This document shows positions 25,147-36,183 of a DNA stretch of 51,901 bases, piece after piece (within the stretch, counting starts at the first letter, position 1; every line of letters starts with the position of its first letter). A program made the position numbers and the translations under genes. The stretch covers positions 1 to 51,901 of the forward strand of contig CACXGX010000026.1 of the NCBI GenBank assembly GCA_902767365.1, in the 5' to 3' direction. Source of the stretch: an uncultured Erysipelotrichaceae bacterium (GTDB lineage: Bacteria; Bacillota_I; Bacilli_A; RF39; UBA660). The notes beneath the pieces were generated by a model. The model searched no databases, was not told the origin of the DNA, and saw only the letters and a program-made list of their open reading frames with translations.

Positions 25147-25854
25147 ATGAATAATGAAATTAATTTACCTAATCACGTAGGAATAATAATGGATGGTAAT
25201 GGTAGATGGGCAAAAAAACGTGGGCTAAAAAGAAGTTTAGGACATAAAGCAGGAGCTGATAATTTGGAAAAATTATTAAAATATATATTTAATTTAGGTA
25301 TTAAATATGTTAGTGTTTATGCTTTTTCTACTGAGAATTTTAATAGAGATCCTGAAGAGGTAAATTATTTAATGGATTTGTTTGTTAAATATTTTACAAA
25401 AAAGAAAAAAATCTTTGTTAAAGAAGGATTAAAAGTTATATTTTCTGGAAGTAGAAATAATTTAAGAGATGATGTATTAAAAGGAATTGACTCTTTAGAA
25501 GACGCTACTAAAGATTTAAAAAAGGGAACGTTTAATATATGTTTAAACTATGGTGGAAGATTAGAAATAGTTGATGCTTTTAAAAAGTTGTATAAAGATA
25601 TAGAATTAGGTTGCTTTGATATAGATCATGTCACTCCTGAAATTGTAAGCCATTATATGTATCAAGATTTACCTGATTTGGATTTTGTAATTAGAACTAG
25701 TGGAGAACAACGAATAAGTAATTTTATGTTATGGCAATCTAGTTATGCTGAATATTATTTTCCACAAGTTTTATTTCCTGATTTTGATGAAAAAGAGTTT
25801 GATAAAGCTTTAGAAGAATATAATAAGCGTCATAGAAGGTTTGGTGGAGTATAA
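25147..25854 (+). CDS. uppS: isoprenyl transferase (undecaprenyl-diphosphate synthase)
   Basis: HVGIIMDGNGRWAKKRG, AFSTENF.R, and IRTSGEQRISNFMLWQSSYAE. Confidence 0.95.
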   Translation: MNNEINLPNHVGIIMDGNGRWAKKRGLKRSLGHKAGADNLEKLLKYIFNLGIKYVSVYAFSTENFNRDPEEVNYLMDLFVKYFTKKKKIFVKEGLKVIFSGSRNNLRDDVLKGIDSLEDATKDLKKGTFNICLNYGGRLEIVDAFKKLYKDIELGCFDIDHVTPEIVSHYMYQDLPDLDFVIRTSGEQRISNFMLWQSSYAEYYFPQVLFPDFDEKEFDKALEEYNKRHRRFGGV

Positions 25855-26654
25855 TGAAAAAAGGATTAATTGGTATTAGTATTTTATTATTATTACTTTT
25901 TGGTACTTTACTATTGGGTGAACTTCCTTTTTCAATATGTTTGTCTTTATTTGCTATTTTATCTTTAAGAGAATTATTAAATATTCGTGGTAAAGATAAG
26001 CATATTCCTACAGAAATAGAGTTGCTTGCATATATGATAGTAATATTTTTTGCAATGAATAATTATGATTCTTCAATTGATTATTATTTATTAGATTATA
26101 GGCTATTAGCTGCTTTGATTTTATTTGATTTTACTCCTTTGGTTATAATTAATGATAAAAGAAAATATAATGTCATTGATGCTTTGTATTTAATAGGTTC
26201 AACTTTATTTATTGGAGTTACTTTTAATTTAATTGCTCAATTTAGAAATTATAATGTTGATTATGTTGTATATATTATGCTTATTGCTTTTATTACAGAT
26301 TTATTTGGTTTAATAACTGGAAAGTATATTGGACAACATAAATTAATTACTTCAATTTCCCCAAAGAAAACAGTTGAGGGTGCTCTTGGTGGTTTATTTA
26401 TGGGTACTTTTATTCCAACATTATATTACATGAGTACTATTCCTTGCAAAATACCAATATTTGGTGTAGTATTTATAACGATGCTTTTATCAATGATAGG
26501 ACAAATTGGAGATTTAGTTTTTTCATTTATTAAAAGGGAATTTGGTAAAAAAGATTTTTCAAATATAGTTGCTGGAAATGGTGGTATACTGGATGTATTT
26601 GACAGCATTATATTTGTTACATTAGGCTTTTTATTGTTTTTAGCAGTTTTATAG
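25854..26654 (+). CDS. cdsA: phosphatidate cytidylyltransferase
   Basis: A polytopic membrane protein with the CTP-transferase signature SFIKREFGKKDFSNIVAGNGGILDVFDS. Confidence 0.9.
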   Translation: MKKGLIGISILLLLLFGTLLLGELPFSICLSLFAILSLRELLNIRGKDKHIPTEIELLAYMIVIFFAMNNYDSSIDYYLLDYRLLAALILFDFTPLVIINDKRKYNVIDALYLIGSTLFIGVTFNLIAQFRNYNVDYVVYIMLIAFITDLFGLITGKYIGQHKLITSISPKKTVEGALGGLFMGTFIPTLYYMSTIPCKIPIFGVVFITMLLSMIGQIGDLVFSFIKREFGKKDFSNIVAGNGGILDVFDSIIFVTLGFLLFLAVL

Positions 26655-26662
26655 GAGGAAAT

Positions 26663-27715
26663 ATGTTAACACTTATTTATTTTATTTTAATTTTAGGACT
26701 TATTGTATTAGTTCATGAATTTGGACATTTTATTTTTTCTAAAATATTTGGTGTATATGTTTATGAATTTTCACTAGGTATGGGACCAAGACTTTTTGGT
26801 ACAAAAAAGAAAAAAGGAAAAACTCAATATAATGTAAGAGCCTTTCCAATTGGTGGATTTGTAGCTTTAGCAGGAGAAGATCCTACTGAAAAGGATCCTG
26901 AAGTCCCAAAAGGAGCACATTTATATGAGAAACCAATATGGCAAAGATTTATTATAATGGGTGCAGGTGTATTTAATAATTTTTTACTTGCATTAATACT
27001 CCTTTTTTGTATTGGATTATTCCATGGATCTATAGATATGACTCCTGTTGTAACTTCTTTGGATGAGTCTATGCCAATGTATGAGGCTGGGATACGTGAG
27101 GGTGATATCTTTAAGAAAATTAATGGAAATAAGATTTCTACTCAAGATGATGTTAGAGTTTATATGACTTTAGAAAATGATGGAAGTGAAACAGAATTTG
27201 TTATGGAACGTGATGGAAAAGAGTATACTTATTCTGTTACACCTATAGAATATGAAGATGAAGAGACAAAAGAAAAGTCATATAAATATGGAATAACTTT
27301 TGAAAGAAAATTAAATCATGGATTTATTCCTGCAATTAAGTTTACATTTTCACAATTTGGTTCATATTTTAAACAGATTATTATAACATTTAAGTATTTA
27401 TTTACTGGAAGATTGGGTGTAAATAATCTATCTGGACCAGTAGGTATTTATTCTATAGTTGGTGAGGTTACAAAAGAATCAGCCCTTTTAAATATTGCTA
27501 ATTTAACTGCATTATTGTGTGTAAATGTTGGTTTTTTAAATATCTTACCATTTCCTGCATTTGACGGTGGAAGAATATTTTTCTTGTTAATTGAAAAAAT
27601 AAAGGGTAAACCTGTTGATCCAAAAATAGAAAATACTGTAAACACAGTTGGGTTCTGTTTACTTATGATTCTCGTTGTATTTGTTACAATTAATGATATT
27701 ATAAGATTATTATAG
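26663..27715 (+). CDS. rseP: RIP metalloprotease (site-2 protease, RseP/RasP family)
   Basis: HEFGH at the N-terminal TM helix, a PDZ-like segment (GIREGDIFKKINGNKI), and NILPFPAFDGG. Confidence 0.9.
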   Translation: MLTLIYFILILGLIVLVHEFGHFIFSKIFGVYVYEFSLGMGPRLFGTKKKKGKTQYNVRAFPIGGFVALAGEDPTEKDPEVPKGAHLYEKPIWQRFIIMGAGVFNNFLLALILLFCIGLFHGSIDMTPVVTSLDESMPMYEAGIREGDIFKKINGNKISTQDDVRVYMTLENDGSETEFVMERDGKEYTYSVTPIEYEDEETKEKSYKYGITFERKLNHGFIPAIKFTFSQFGSYFKQIIITFKYLFTGRLGVNNLSGPVGIYSIVGEVTKESALLNIANLTALLCVNVGFLNILPFPAFDGGRIFFLLIEKIKGKPVDPKIENTVNTVGFCLLMILVVFVTINDIIRLL

Positions 27716-27741
27716 ACTAGACACTTCTAGTCTTTTTTTTT
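27715..27741 (+). terminator. rho-independent terminator
   Basis: gactaga/tctagtc stem followed by a T9 run. Confidence 0.8.
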
Positions 27742-27802
27742 ACACTTCTTTTACTTAAATTTGTCATTATTTGGTATAATAAGTTTAAGGTAGGTAGTAG
27801 AT

Positions 27803-29281
27803 ATGGGTAAAAGCAATATATCTAAATATTTAATTGTTTTTGGCTTTATTCTTATTATGCTTGGATTTAATAAGTATGGTAATGAATTTCTTACTACAAG
27901 TATTTTGGGGAATAGGCTTTTAAACAGGGTAGATTATAATTTGTATAAGTATTCTAGTAATGGTAGTAATCTAAAAGTCGTTGGAGATTATATTCTTGAC
28001 ATTGATGAAGATGTCAATGAATTTTCTTATAGAGGAAAAATAATTGATTTAAATGGTAATGTAATATTTGAAGGCGTATTTGGAAAAAATGTTATTGAAG
28101 GTATAGATGGTAAATTATATTATTATCCATTGGATTTAGATATTAATGAAAGATATTTATATAGACTTTCTAATGGTTTATGTGAAAAAGTATCAACAAT
28201 GCCTATTAGTGCTTATTTAACTTTTGATAAAAAAACTAATAAAGTTGAGATTGAAGATGTTGTAGTTGACACTTCTAATACTACTTTGTATGGTTATTAT
28301 TTAAATATTGATAATAAAGATGAAATATATTATTTAGAAAATGGTTCATTTAATAAAATAGATGTTGAAGGGAAATATATTTCTTCTGTTCCAACTTTGA
28401 TAAATAATAAATTAAATTATAAATATATAATTATAAAGTCTAGAGGTAATTCTAAATATGGTATTTATGACATCATTGGAAAGAAAAATATTATAGAAAA
28501 TAATTATACTAAATTAAAATTTATAAAGAATAGTTTATTTATTGCATGTTTAAATGATGAAAATACAAATAGAGATAAATGTGGTGTAATAGATTTGTAT
28601 GAAAATACTTTATTAGAGTTTAAATATGATGATATTTATATAGATAATTATAGTAGTAATTATATTATTGCTAAATCTAATGGAAGATATGATTTGTATG
28701 ATGCTTCACTAAATGAAATAGTATCTTTTGTTTATGATTTAAGGAAAGATACTAATTATAATATTAGAAAAATTGGAGATAATTACATTATTTATAATTC
28801 ATATATGAAAAAAGATGTTAATTACAATGTACTTCTTTTGAAAAAAAATGGATTTATAAAAGAGATAAAATCTAATGAACTATATATTTATGAAGATTTT
28901 GTTGTTTCTTATGACAATGAATCTAATGAAATCACAGGATTTGATTCTAATTTATTAAAAATATATTCTATTAGTAATGATGTTGAAAAGGGAAACTTTA
29001 AAGTTACAAAACCTGTTGTAAAAGTTAAGGACAAAGTATATGATACTTATACAGGTAAAAGAGTTTCCAAAGATACTACATATGTTGAAATAGTAGGTAA
29101 TGGTGTTAAGTTATATCACTCTGGAGATAAGATGTATTTAATGATTAATGATGAAAAGTATTCTTTATCAAAAAATGATATGGAGCCATCTATGTATTAT
29201 ATTTCTAAAACAGATAATGGATATTATTATATAGCAAATTATCTTGGTAATTATACTTTTGTTTATTTGGGTAAGAATTGA
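27803..29281 (+). CDS. membrane-anchored protein with degenerate WG-type beta-repeat units
   Basis: N-terminal TM helix (YLIVFGFILIMLGF). Units recur in the pattern KYGIYDIIGKKNIIENNYTKLKF, KCGVIDLYENTLLEFKYDDIY and GRYDLYDASLNEIVSFVYD. Confidence 0.6.
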   Translation: MGKSNISKYLIVFGFILIMLGFNKYGNEFLTTSILGNRLLNRVDYNLYKYSSNGSNLKVVGDYILDIDEDVNEFSYRGKIIDLNGNVIFEGVFGKNVIEGIDGKLYYYPLDLDINERYLYRLSNGLCEKVSTMPISAYLTFDKKTNKVEIEDVVVDTSNTTLYGYYLNIDNKDEIYYLENGSFNKIDVEGKYISSVPTLINNKLNYKYIIIKSRGNSKYGIYDIIGKKNIIENNYTKLKFIKNSLFIACLNDENTNRDKCGVIDLYENTLLEFKYDDIYIDNYSSNYIIAKSNGRYDLYDASLNEIVSFVYDLRKDTNYNIRKIGDNYIIYNSYMKKDVNYNVLLLKKNGFIKEIKSNELYIYEDFVVSYDNESNEITGFDSNLLKIYSISNDVEKGNFKVTKPVVKVKDKVYDTYTGKRVSKDTTYVEIVGNGVKLYHSGDKMYLMINDEKYSLSKNDMEPSMYYISKTDNGYYYIANYLGNYTFVYLGKN

Positions 29282-29300
29282 CCATAATTGGTCTTTTTTT
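29280..29300 (+). terminator. rho-independent terminator
   Basis: gacca/tggtc stem followed by a T7 run. It overlaps the stop codon. Confidence 0.7.
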
Positions 29301-29357
29301 CTTTGTAAAAAAAAATTTTTATAGTATAATTCTATTAGAGTGTAGAAGGTGCTTACT

Positions 29358-32303
29358 ATGTATTTAAAAGAAATAACTTGTAATGGATTTAAATCTTTTG
29401 CAGATAAGATAACTATTAGTTTGGATGGTAAAATAACAGCAATTGTTGGGCCTAATGGAAGTGGAAAAAGTAATGTTGTTGATGCAGTCCGTTGGGTATT
29501 AGGGGAGCAATCTGTTAAGTCATTACGTGGAACTGGTTCTATGACGGATATTATATTTTCTGGTAGTAAGTCACGTAATCCATTGAATGTTGCTAGTGTT
29601 ACTTTAGTGTTTGATAATTCTGATCATTATCTAAATGTTCCTTATAGTGAAGTATCGATTAAAAGGAGAGTTTATAGGTCAGGAGAATCTGAATACTTTT
29701 TAAATGGTGAAAAATGTAGATTAAAAGATGTTACTGATTTGTTAATAGATAGTGCATCATCAAGAGATTCTTTCAATATTATTTCTCAGGGTGAAATACA
29801 AAAAATATTATCTAATTCTAGTAGCGATAGAAGACTTATTATTGAAAATGCTGCAGGGGTGTTGAAGTATAAAAAAAGAAAAGAAGAGGCAATTAAGAAG
29901 CTTGATAAAACTCAAATTAATATAGATAGAGTTTTAGATATTATTAATGAACTTGAAACTCAATTAGGACCATTGAAAGAACAAAGTGAAAAAGCAAATG
30001 AGTATTTGAACGCAAAAAATCATTTAGAAAAAATTGAAGTAGCTTTAATAGCTAGTGAAATTGATAGAATTAATTATGAAAATAATTTAGCAAAGAAAAG
30101 AATAGAAGAAATTAATAGTGAAATACTTAATTTAAATTTAAAAAGTTCTAGTCAAGATACTTCTTTATCAAATGATAAATTAGAACTTATTAAATTAGAA
30201 AAAGAAATAAAGGATGCTAATAAAAGATTACTTGAACTTACTTCTTTAGAAGAAAAATTAAACGGAGAAAAGGAATTATTAAAAGAAAGAAGTAAGTATG
30301 ATGTTAGTGATTCTAAAGTACATAATAATATTGCTCATTTAAAAGAAGATTTATATCAAACTGATAATAATATTTCCTTAATTATTAAGGATATAGAATT
30401 GATTACTAAAGATATAAATACTGCTAATGATGGATTATCTCGTGTACAATTAGAACTTAATAGTGTTAATACTAAAAAAGAACATTCAATTAATGATTTA
30501 AATAATAAAAAAAGAGAGTTATATGATGTTACAAATAAAATAAGCTCTATTAATAATTATTTAGAGTCTAATGGTAGTGTTCCTAATTCAGTAAAAAGTA
30601 TTTTGAATAATCCAAGATTAAGGGGAATACATGGGACTTTATCTAGTATTTTAGATTGTGATAAAGAGTATGTTAAAGCTTTAGAGGTATCTTTGTCATC
30701 TACTAAGAATTTTGTTGTTGTAGATAATGAAGCAATTGCAAAAGAATCAATTAATTATTTAAAAGATAATGATTTAGGAAGAGCAACGTTTTTTCCTATA
30801 TCTGTTATTAATGCTAAAGGAATAGAACCTGATATAATTGAAAAAGTAAAAAAAATAAATGGTTATATTGGAATATTTTCAGATTTAGTTAAATTTGACC
30901 CAAAGTATTATGGAATAGTATTAAATCAACTTGGAAATGTTATTGTGGCAATTGATATAGATGCTGCAAATAAAATAAGTAATATAGTAAATAGAAGATA
31001 TAAAGTTGTCAGTTTAGATGGTGATGTTATACATGTTGGAGGTTCAATAAGTGGAGGAAGTTTTTCTTTACAAAAAAGTATTATTTCTTATAAAAATGAT
31101 CTTTCTACATATGAAAGAAGAAAAAATGAATTAGAAGAGTTAATAGGAGTCATAGATAAAAATATATCGTCTTATGATGATGAGATAAATAAAATAAATT
31201 CTAAAATTAGTGAATTTAAGAGTGAACTATTTAAATGTAAAGAAACAATTAGTGCAAAAGAATCTTTAGCTAGTGAACTAAATAGTAGAAGAGATGATAT
31301 TAATAATGAATTAAATACGCTTCTTAATGTAGTTGATTCTAATATTTCTTCACTAGAAGAAAAATCAATGAAAGAATATTATGAAGTTTCATTAGAAAAA
31401 GATAATTTAGCAAAAGAAATTAGATTTAAAGAAAAAGAAAAAGATAATTTATCAAGTAAGATAGAAGAAAGTGAAGCTTTAAGTAAATTAAATAATTCTA
31501 ATATTAATAAATTAGAAAAAGAATTAAAAGAATTAGAAATTAATGTAAGTAAATATGAGATGAAACTTGATAATTATTTACAAATATTAAGTGAAGACTA
31601 TTCTTTAACTTATGAAAAAGCAAAAGATAATTATGTTCTTGAAATAGGTGTTGAAGAAGCAAAAAGTGAAGTTAATAAATTTAGAAATATACTTAAAAAT
31701 ATTGGTATGGTTAATATTGCTGCAATAGAAGATTATAAAAATGTTAGTACTAGATATGAATTTTTAACAAATCAAAGAAATGATTTAATAAATGCAAAAG
31801 ATACTTTACTTGAAATAATAAGTGAAATGGATCAAGTAATGATTGAAGAATTCTCTTCTACTTTTGAAAAAGTAAAAATTGAATTTAAAAAAGTATTTAA
31901 AGAATTGTTTGGTGGAGGAGAAGAAGATTTATTGTTGACTGATAAGGATAATATATTGGAAACAGGAGTAGATATAATAGCGAGTCCACCTGGTAAAAAA
32001 TTAAAAGCAATAACTTTACTATCTGGAGGTGAAATGACTCTTACTGCAATAAGTTTATTATTTGCAATATTAAATGTTCGAAGTGTTCCTTTTTGTATAT
32101 TTGATGAAGTAGAGGCAGCACTTGATGAAGCTAATGTTGATAATTTTGGGCATTATTTAGATCATTATAAAGATAAGACGCAATTTTTAATTATTACACA
32201 TAAGAAAAAAACTATGGAATATGCTGATACTTTATATGGAATTACTATGCAAGAGTCTGGAGTGTCAAAACTTGTTAGTGTAAGGTTAGGAGAAATTAAA
32301 TAA
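29358..32303 (+). CDS. smc: chromosome segregation protein SMC
   Basis: FKSFADK...GPNGSGKSN (Walker A), long coiled coils and a hinge, LSGGE, and FCIFDEVEAALD (Walker B). The ATG at 29358 is preferred. Confidence 0.95.
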   Translation: MYLKEITCNGFKSFADKITISLDGKITAIVGPNGSGKSNVVDAVRWVLGEQSVKSLRGTGSMTDIIFSGSKSRNPLNVASVTLVFDNSDHYLNVPYSEVSIKRRVYRSGESEYFLNGEKCRLKDVTDLLIDSASSRDSFNIISQGEIQKILSNSSSDRRLIIENAAGVLKYKKRKEEAIKKLDKTQINIDRVLDIINELETQLGPLKEQSEKANEYLNAKNHLEKIEVALIASEIDRINYENNLAKKRIEEINSEILNLNLKSSSQDTSLSNDKLELIKLEKEIKDANKRLLELTSLEEKLNGEKELLKERSKYDVSDSKVHNNIAHLKEDLYQTDNNISLIIKDIELITKDINTANDGLSRVQLELNSVNTKKEHSINDLNNKKRELYDVTNKISSINNYLESNGSVPNSVKSILNNPRLRGIHGTLSSILDCDKEYVKALEVSLSSTKNFVVVDNEAIAKESINYLKDNDLGRATFFPISVINAKGIEPDIIEKVKKINGYIGIFSDLVKFDPKYYGIVLNQLGNVIVAIDIDAANKISNIVNRRYKVVSLDGDVIHVGGSISGGSFSLQKSIISYKNDLSTYERRKNELEELIGVIDKNISSYDDEINKINSKISEFKSELFKCKETISAKESLASELNSRRDDINNELNTLLNVVDSNISSLEEKSMKEYYEVSLEKDNLAKEIRFKEKEKDNLSSKIEESEALSKLNNSNINKLEKELKELEINVSKYEMKLDNYLQILSEDYSLTYEKAKDNYVLEIGVEEAKSEVNKFRNILKNIGMVNIAAIEDYKNVSTRYEFLTNQRNDLINAKDTLLEIISEMDQVMIEEFSSTFEKVKIEFKKVFKELFGGGEEDLLLTDKDNILETGVDIIASPPGKKLKAITLLSGGEMTLTAISLLFAILNVRSVPFCIFDEVEAALDEANVDNFGHYLDHYKDKTQFLIITHKKKTMEYADTLYGITMQESGVSKLVSVRLGEIK

Positions 32304-32346
32304 TATCTTCTTTTAAGCTGCGATTTTAATAATTAATGAATTTATA

Positions 32347-32375
32347 AAAGATGGTGCAAATACCTTCTTTTTTTT
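32347..32375 (+). terminator. probable terminator after smc
   Basis: aaagatggt/accttcttt stem (one mismatch) followed by a T-run. Confidence 0.55.
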
Positions 32376-32402
32376 GTATAATAATTTATAGGTGATGATT
32401 TA

Positions 32403-32966
32403 ATGTATAATTATATAATTGGTAAAGTAGTTGATAGGACTGGAAGTTATATTGTGATTGAAAATAATGGTATTGGATATACAGTCTATACTCCTAATCC
32501 TTATGCTTTTCAAGATGAAGAAAAAGAATATAAAGTTTATTTGTATCAACAAATTAAAGAAGATGAGCATTTATTATTTGGATTTAAAACCCAAGAAGAG
32601 AAAGATTTATTTTTAAAACTGATTTCTGTTAAAGGGATGGGACCAAAGATGGCACTTCCTATACTTGCAACTGGTAGTGTATCTGGTGTTGTTGATGCAA
32701 TTGAAAGAGAAAATCTTTTATATTTAAAGAAATTCCCTAAGATTGGTGAAAAAGTTGCTAAACAAATGATTCTTGATTTAAAAGGAAAAATGGGTAGTAT
32801 TAATACACTTGATTTACCTGATACAAATAACTATGATGAACTTGTTGAAGTTTTAAAAGGACTTGGTTATAAAGAAAAAGAATTTAAACATATTCTTCCT
32901 AAAATTGATAATTCTTTATCAATAGAAGATCAAGTAAAAGAAGCTTTAAAATTATTATTAAATTAA
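32403..32966 (+). CDS. ruvA: Holliday junction branch migration complex subunit RuvA
   Basis: MYNYIIGKV....YIVIENNGIGY.V, with helix-hairpin-helix segments (VKGMGPKMALPIL, KFPKIGEKVAKQMI). Confidence 0.9.
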   Translation: MYNYIIGKVVDRTGSYIVIENNGIGYTVYTPNPYAFQDEEKEYKVYLYQQIKEDEHLLFGFKTQEEKDLFLKLISVKGMGPKMALPILATGSVSGVVDAIERENLLYLKKFPKIGEKVAKQMILDLKGKMGSINTLDLPDTNNYDELVEVLKGLGYKEKEFKHILPKIDNSLSIEDQVKEALKLLLN

Positions 32967-32968
32967 TA

Positions 32969-33610
32969 ATGGGAGTAGTTATGGAAGAAATAAAAAGAGA
33001 AAATAGAAAAATATCTGTTAAAGAGAAAAAAAGGTTAGATAATTTTGAAAAAATATCTGAAAAATTAAAAAAGGATGGATATGAAAGACATGATTTAACA
33101 ATTAGTTTAAAAGAAGCTAATACTAAAGGATTATTATTTCCACTTCCTTTTGTATTATTATTTATAGTTTTGTACTTTTTTGTATTTAATAATGATTTTG
33201 AATCATGGTCATATTTTCTTGTTATTCTTTATTTTTTAGTGTCACTAGTAATACATGAATTGCTTCATGGTATAACTTGGGCAATATTTACTAAGAGGCA
33301 TTTTAAAGATATTGAATTTGGCTTGGTTTTAAGTGAGCTGACACCTTATTGTACATGTAAAAGTTACTTGAAGAAATATCAATATATTATTGGTAGTATA
33401 ATGCCATTTTTGATTCTTGGGATTATATTTACTACATTTATATTTTTCTTTCCCAATGTAAATTTATTTGTTTTAGGATTGTTAATGTTGTTTGGAACAG
33501 GTGGAGATTTAACAATAATTTATTTAATACTAAAAAATAAATCAAAGAAAGAAAAAGTTTTATATATTGATCACCCTGTAAACTGTGGTGTTGTAATGTT
33601 TGATAAATAG
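32969..33610 (+). CDS. putative membrane zincin (DUF3267-like metalloprotease)
   Basis: An HELLHG motif within or next to a TM helix, about 4 hydrophobic segments, and a charged N-terminus. An alternative start is the ATG at 32981. The gene is inserted between ruvA and ruvB. Confidence 0.65.
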   Translation: MGVVMEEIKRENRKISVKEKKRLDNFEKISEKLKKDGYERHDLTISLKEANTKGLLFPLPFVLLFIVLYFFVFNNDFESWSYFLVILYFLVSLVIHELLHGITWAIFTKRHFKDIEFGLVLSELTPYCTCKSYLKKYQYIIGSIMPFLILGIIFTTFIFFFPNVNLFVLGLLMLFGTGGDLTIIYLILKNKSKKEKVLYIDHPVNCGVVMFDK

Positions 33611-33687
33611 AAGAGTTTAGCTCTTTTTTTTCTTTATTCTAGTGTTATTAAAACTAATGTATTATAATATATTTAGGATGTGGTTTT

Positions 33688-34710
33688 ATGGCGAAGAAAA
33701 AAAATGAAATATTTGATGAAGAAATAAAACAAGAGGATGAGACTTTTGATAATATAAGGCCTGAGACTTTAGATGATTATATTGGTCAGAAGGATGTAAA
33801 GGAAAATATAAGAGTATTTATTGAGTCAGCTAAACTTAGAAAAGAAAGTCTTGATCATGTATTATTGTATGGTCCTCCTGGTCTTGGAAAAACAACACTT
33901 GCATATATTATTGCAAATGAACTTGGTAGTAATATAAGAATGGCTAGTGGCCCTGCTATTGAAAAAACTGGAGATTTGGCAGCAATTTTATCAGCTTTAG
34001 AACCAGGTGATGTGTTGTTTATTGATGAAATACATAGAATACCTTCTTTTGTTGAAGAAGTATTATATTCTGCTATGGAGGATTTCGTTTTAGATATTAT
34101 TGTTGGTAGTGAAGGAAATTCTCGCAATATTAGAATTAATTTGCCTCCATTTACTTTAGTTGGAGCAACTACTAGAGCAGGAGATTTAACTGCCCCTTTA
34201 CGTGATAGATTTGGAATAACTGCAAAAATGCAATATTATACAACTGATGAGTTAATGGATATTGTAAAAAGAACATCTCGTGTTTTAGATAGTCCAATTA
34301 ATGATGATGCGGCAAGAGAATTGGCATCACGTAGTAGAGGAACCCCAAGAATTGCTAATAGAATGTTTAAAAGGGTTCGTGATTTTGCTATAGTCGATGG
34401 GAAAGATGAAATAGATTTAGAAGTTACAAAAAAAGCTTTGGATAGGTTGAAAGTAGATAATATGGGGCTTGATGATACTGACCATCAATTATTAAAGGCA
34501 ATTGTTGAAAAATTTAATGGAGGTCCTGTTGGAGTTGAAGCAATTGCAAGCGTAATAGGAGAAGAAGTAACAACTATTGAAGATGTTTATGAACCATATT
34601 TATTACAGAAAGGATTTTTAAAAAGAACACCTCGTGGTAGAATGGTTACTGAACTTGGGTATAAACATCTTAATTTAAATTACCAAAATAATTTATTTGA
34701 TGAGGATTAG
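33688..34710 (+). CDS. ruvB: Holliday junction branch migration DNA helicase RuvB
   Basis: [28 protein letters not shown], and RTPRG. Confidence 0.97.
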   Translation: MAKKKNEIFDEEIKQEDETFDNIRPETLDDYIGQKDVKENIRVFIESAKLRKESLDHVLLYGPPGLGKTTLAYIIANELGSNIRMASGPAIEKTGDLAAILSALEPGDVLFIDEIHRIPSFVEEVLYSAMEDFVLDIIVGSEGNSRNIRINLPPFTLVGATTRAGDLTAPLRDRFGITAKMQYYTTDELMDIVKRTSRVLDSPINDDAARELASRSRGTPRIANRMFKRVRDFAIVDGKDEIDLEVTKKALDRLKVDNMGLDDTDHQLLKAIVEKFNGGPVGVEAIASVIGEEVTTIEDVYEPYLLQKGFLKRTPRGRMVTELGYKHLNLNYQNNLFDED

Positions 34711-34712
34711 TT

Positions 34713-35030
34713 ATGTTAGAAATGAATGAAATGACAAAACATTTGATGCTAGTTGCGTCAAGTGTTGATAATTATTGTAAATATTTAAATAGAAATCCAA
34801 ATGATTATTCTAGTATACTTGGTTATATTTATCGCGTTTATCAAGATAAAATTAAACATCTTTCTCCTCAAGGACTTGCTCTTTTACTTATGTATTTAAA
34901 AAATGTAAATGAAAGTGATTATGGAAAACATATTGATGTTTATAAAGATAAAGTCGATGGAATAATAAAAAAGTCTAAAACACTAGATGAACAATTTAAA
35001 AAAATGGATAAATTAAAAAATAAAATTTGA
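34713..35030 (+). CDS. hypothetical protein
   Basis: A 105-aa ORF starting 2 nt after ruvB, with an SD inside the ruvB 3' end. No motif recognised. Confidence 0.5.
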   Translation: MLEMNEMTKHLMLVASSVDNYCKYLNRNPNDYSSILGYIYRVYQDKIKHLSPQGLALLLMYLKNVNESDYGKHIDVYKDKVDGIIKKSKTLDEQFKKMDKLKNKI

Positions 35031-35080
35031 CTTAATTAGTAATAAATAATATACTTATTCATTGTGAATTGGAGGTATTA

Positions 35081-36112
35081 ATGAAACTTGAAGATTTTGA
35101 TTATGAATTACCAGAGGAGTTAATAGCACAAACTCCTTTAAAAGATAGATCAGCGTCTCGTATGTTAGTTCTTGAAAAAAATACTGGTAAAATTATACAT
35201 AAACATTTTAGAGATATGATTGACTATTTAAATAAAGGAGATACACTCGTTTTAAATGATACAAAAGTAATTCCAGCAAGGTTAATTGGGGAGAAAATTG
35301 ATACAAAAGCAGTAATAGAAGTATTATTGTTAAAAAATATTGAAGGAAATGTCTGGGAAACTTTAAGTAAACCTGCTAAAAGAGTTAAAGTTGGAACAAT
35401 TATTTTTTTTGGTGATGGATTATTAAAAGCAAAATGTATTGAATTAGGTGAAGAAGGAATTAGAAGATTTGAATTAATTTACGATGGCGTTTTATATGAA
35501 AAACTTGATAAACTTGGAACAATGCCACTTCCACCATATATTCATGAGCAATTAGAAGATCAAAATAGATATCAAACAGTTTATGCAAAAAATAATGGTA
35601 GTGCAGCCGCTCCTACAGCAGGGCTTCATTTTACTCCAGAACTTTTAAATGAATTAAAAACTAAAGGTGTTAATGTTGTTTATTTGACTCTTCATGTTGG
35701 ACTTGGAACTTTTAGACCAGTAAATGTTGAAAATATTTTAGAACATCATATGCATAGTGAATATTATGAAATTAGTAGAGAAACATGTGATGTTATCAAT
35801 AAAACTAAAAAAAATGGTAATCGACTTGTTGTTGTTGGTACAACTTCTGTAAGGGTATTAGAAACTGTTGCAACAAAATATGGAGAATTAAAAGAAGATT
35901 CAGGATGGACAGACATATTTATATATCCGGGGTATAAATTTAAGGTGGTTGATAATTTAATAACTAATTTCCATTTACCGAAGTCAACTTTAGTTATGTT
36001 AGTTAGTGCACTTGTCGGTAGAGAAACAATATTAAATGCTTATAAAGAAGCTATAAATGAAAAGTATAGATTTTTCTCTTTTGGAGATTCAATGTTTATA
36101 ATTAATAAATAA
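35081..36112 (+). CDS. queA: S-adenosylmethionine:tRNA ribosyltransferase-isomerase
   Basis: [34 protein letters not shown], and VGTTS.RVLE. The ATG at 35081 sits behind GGAGG. Confidence 0.95.
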   Translation: MKLEDFDYELPEELIAQTPLKDRSASRMLVLEKNTGKIIHKHFRDMIDYLNKGDTLVLNDTKVIPARLIGEKIDTKAVIEVLLLKNIEGNVWETLSKPAKRVKVGTIIFFGDGLLKAKCIELGEEGIRRFELIYDGVLYEKLDKLGTMPLPPYIHEQLEDQNRYQTVYAKNNGSAAAPTAGLHFTPELLNELKTKGVNVVYLTLHVGLGTFRPVNVENILEHHMHSEYYEISRETCDVINKTKKNGNRLVVVGTTSVRVLETVATKYGELKEDSGWTDIFIYPGYKFKVVDNLITNFHLPKSTLVMLVSALVGRETILNAYKEAINEKYRFFSFGDSMFIINK

Positions 36113-36140
36113 CGTACTATTTTTTGTACGTTATTTTTTT
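36111..36140 (+). terminator. rho-independent terminator
   Basis: aacgtac/gtacgtt stem followed by a T7 run. Confidence 0.75.
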
Positions 36141-36183
36141 GTAATATAAAAGTTAGACAAGCATATAGTTTATTGGTGATAAT

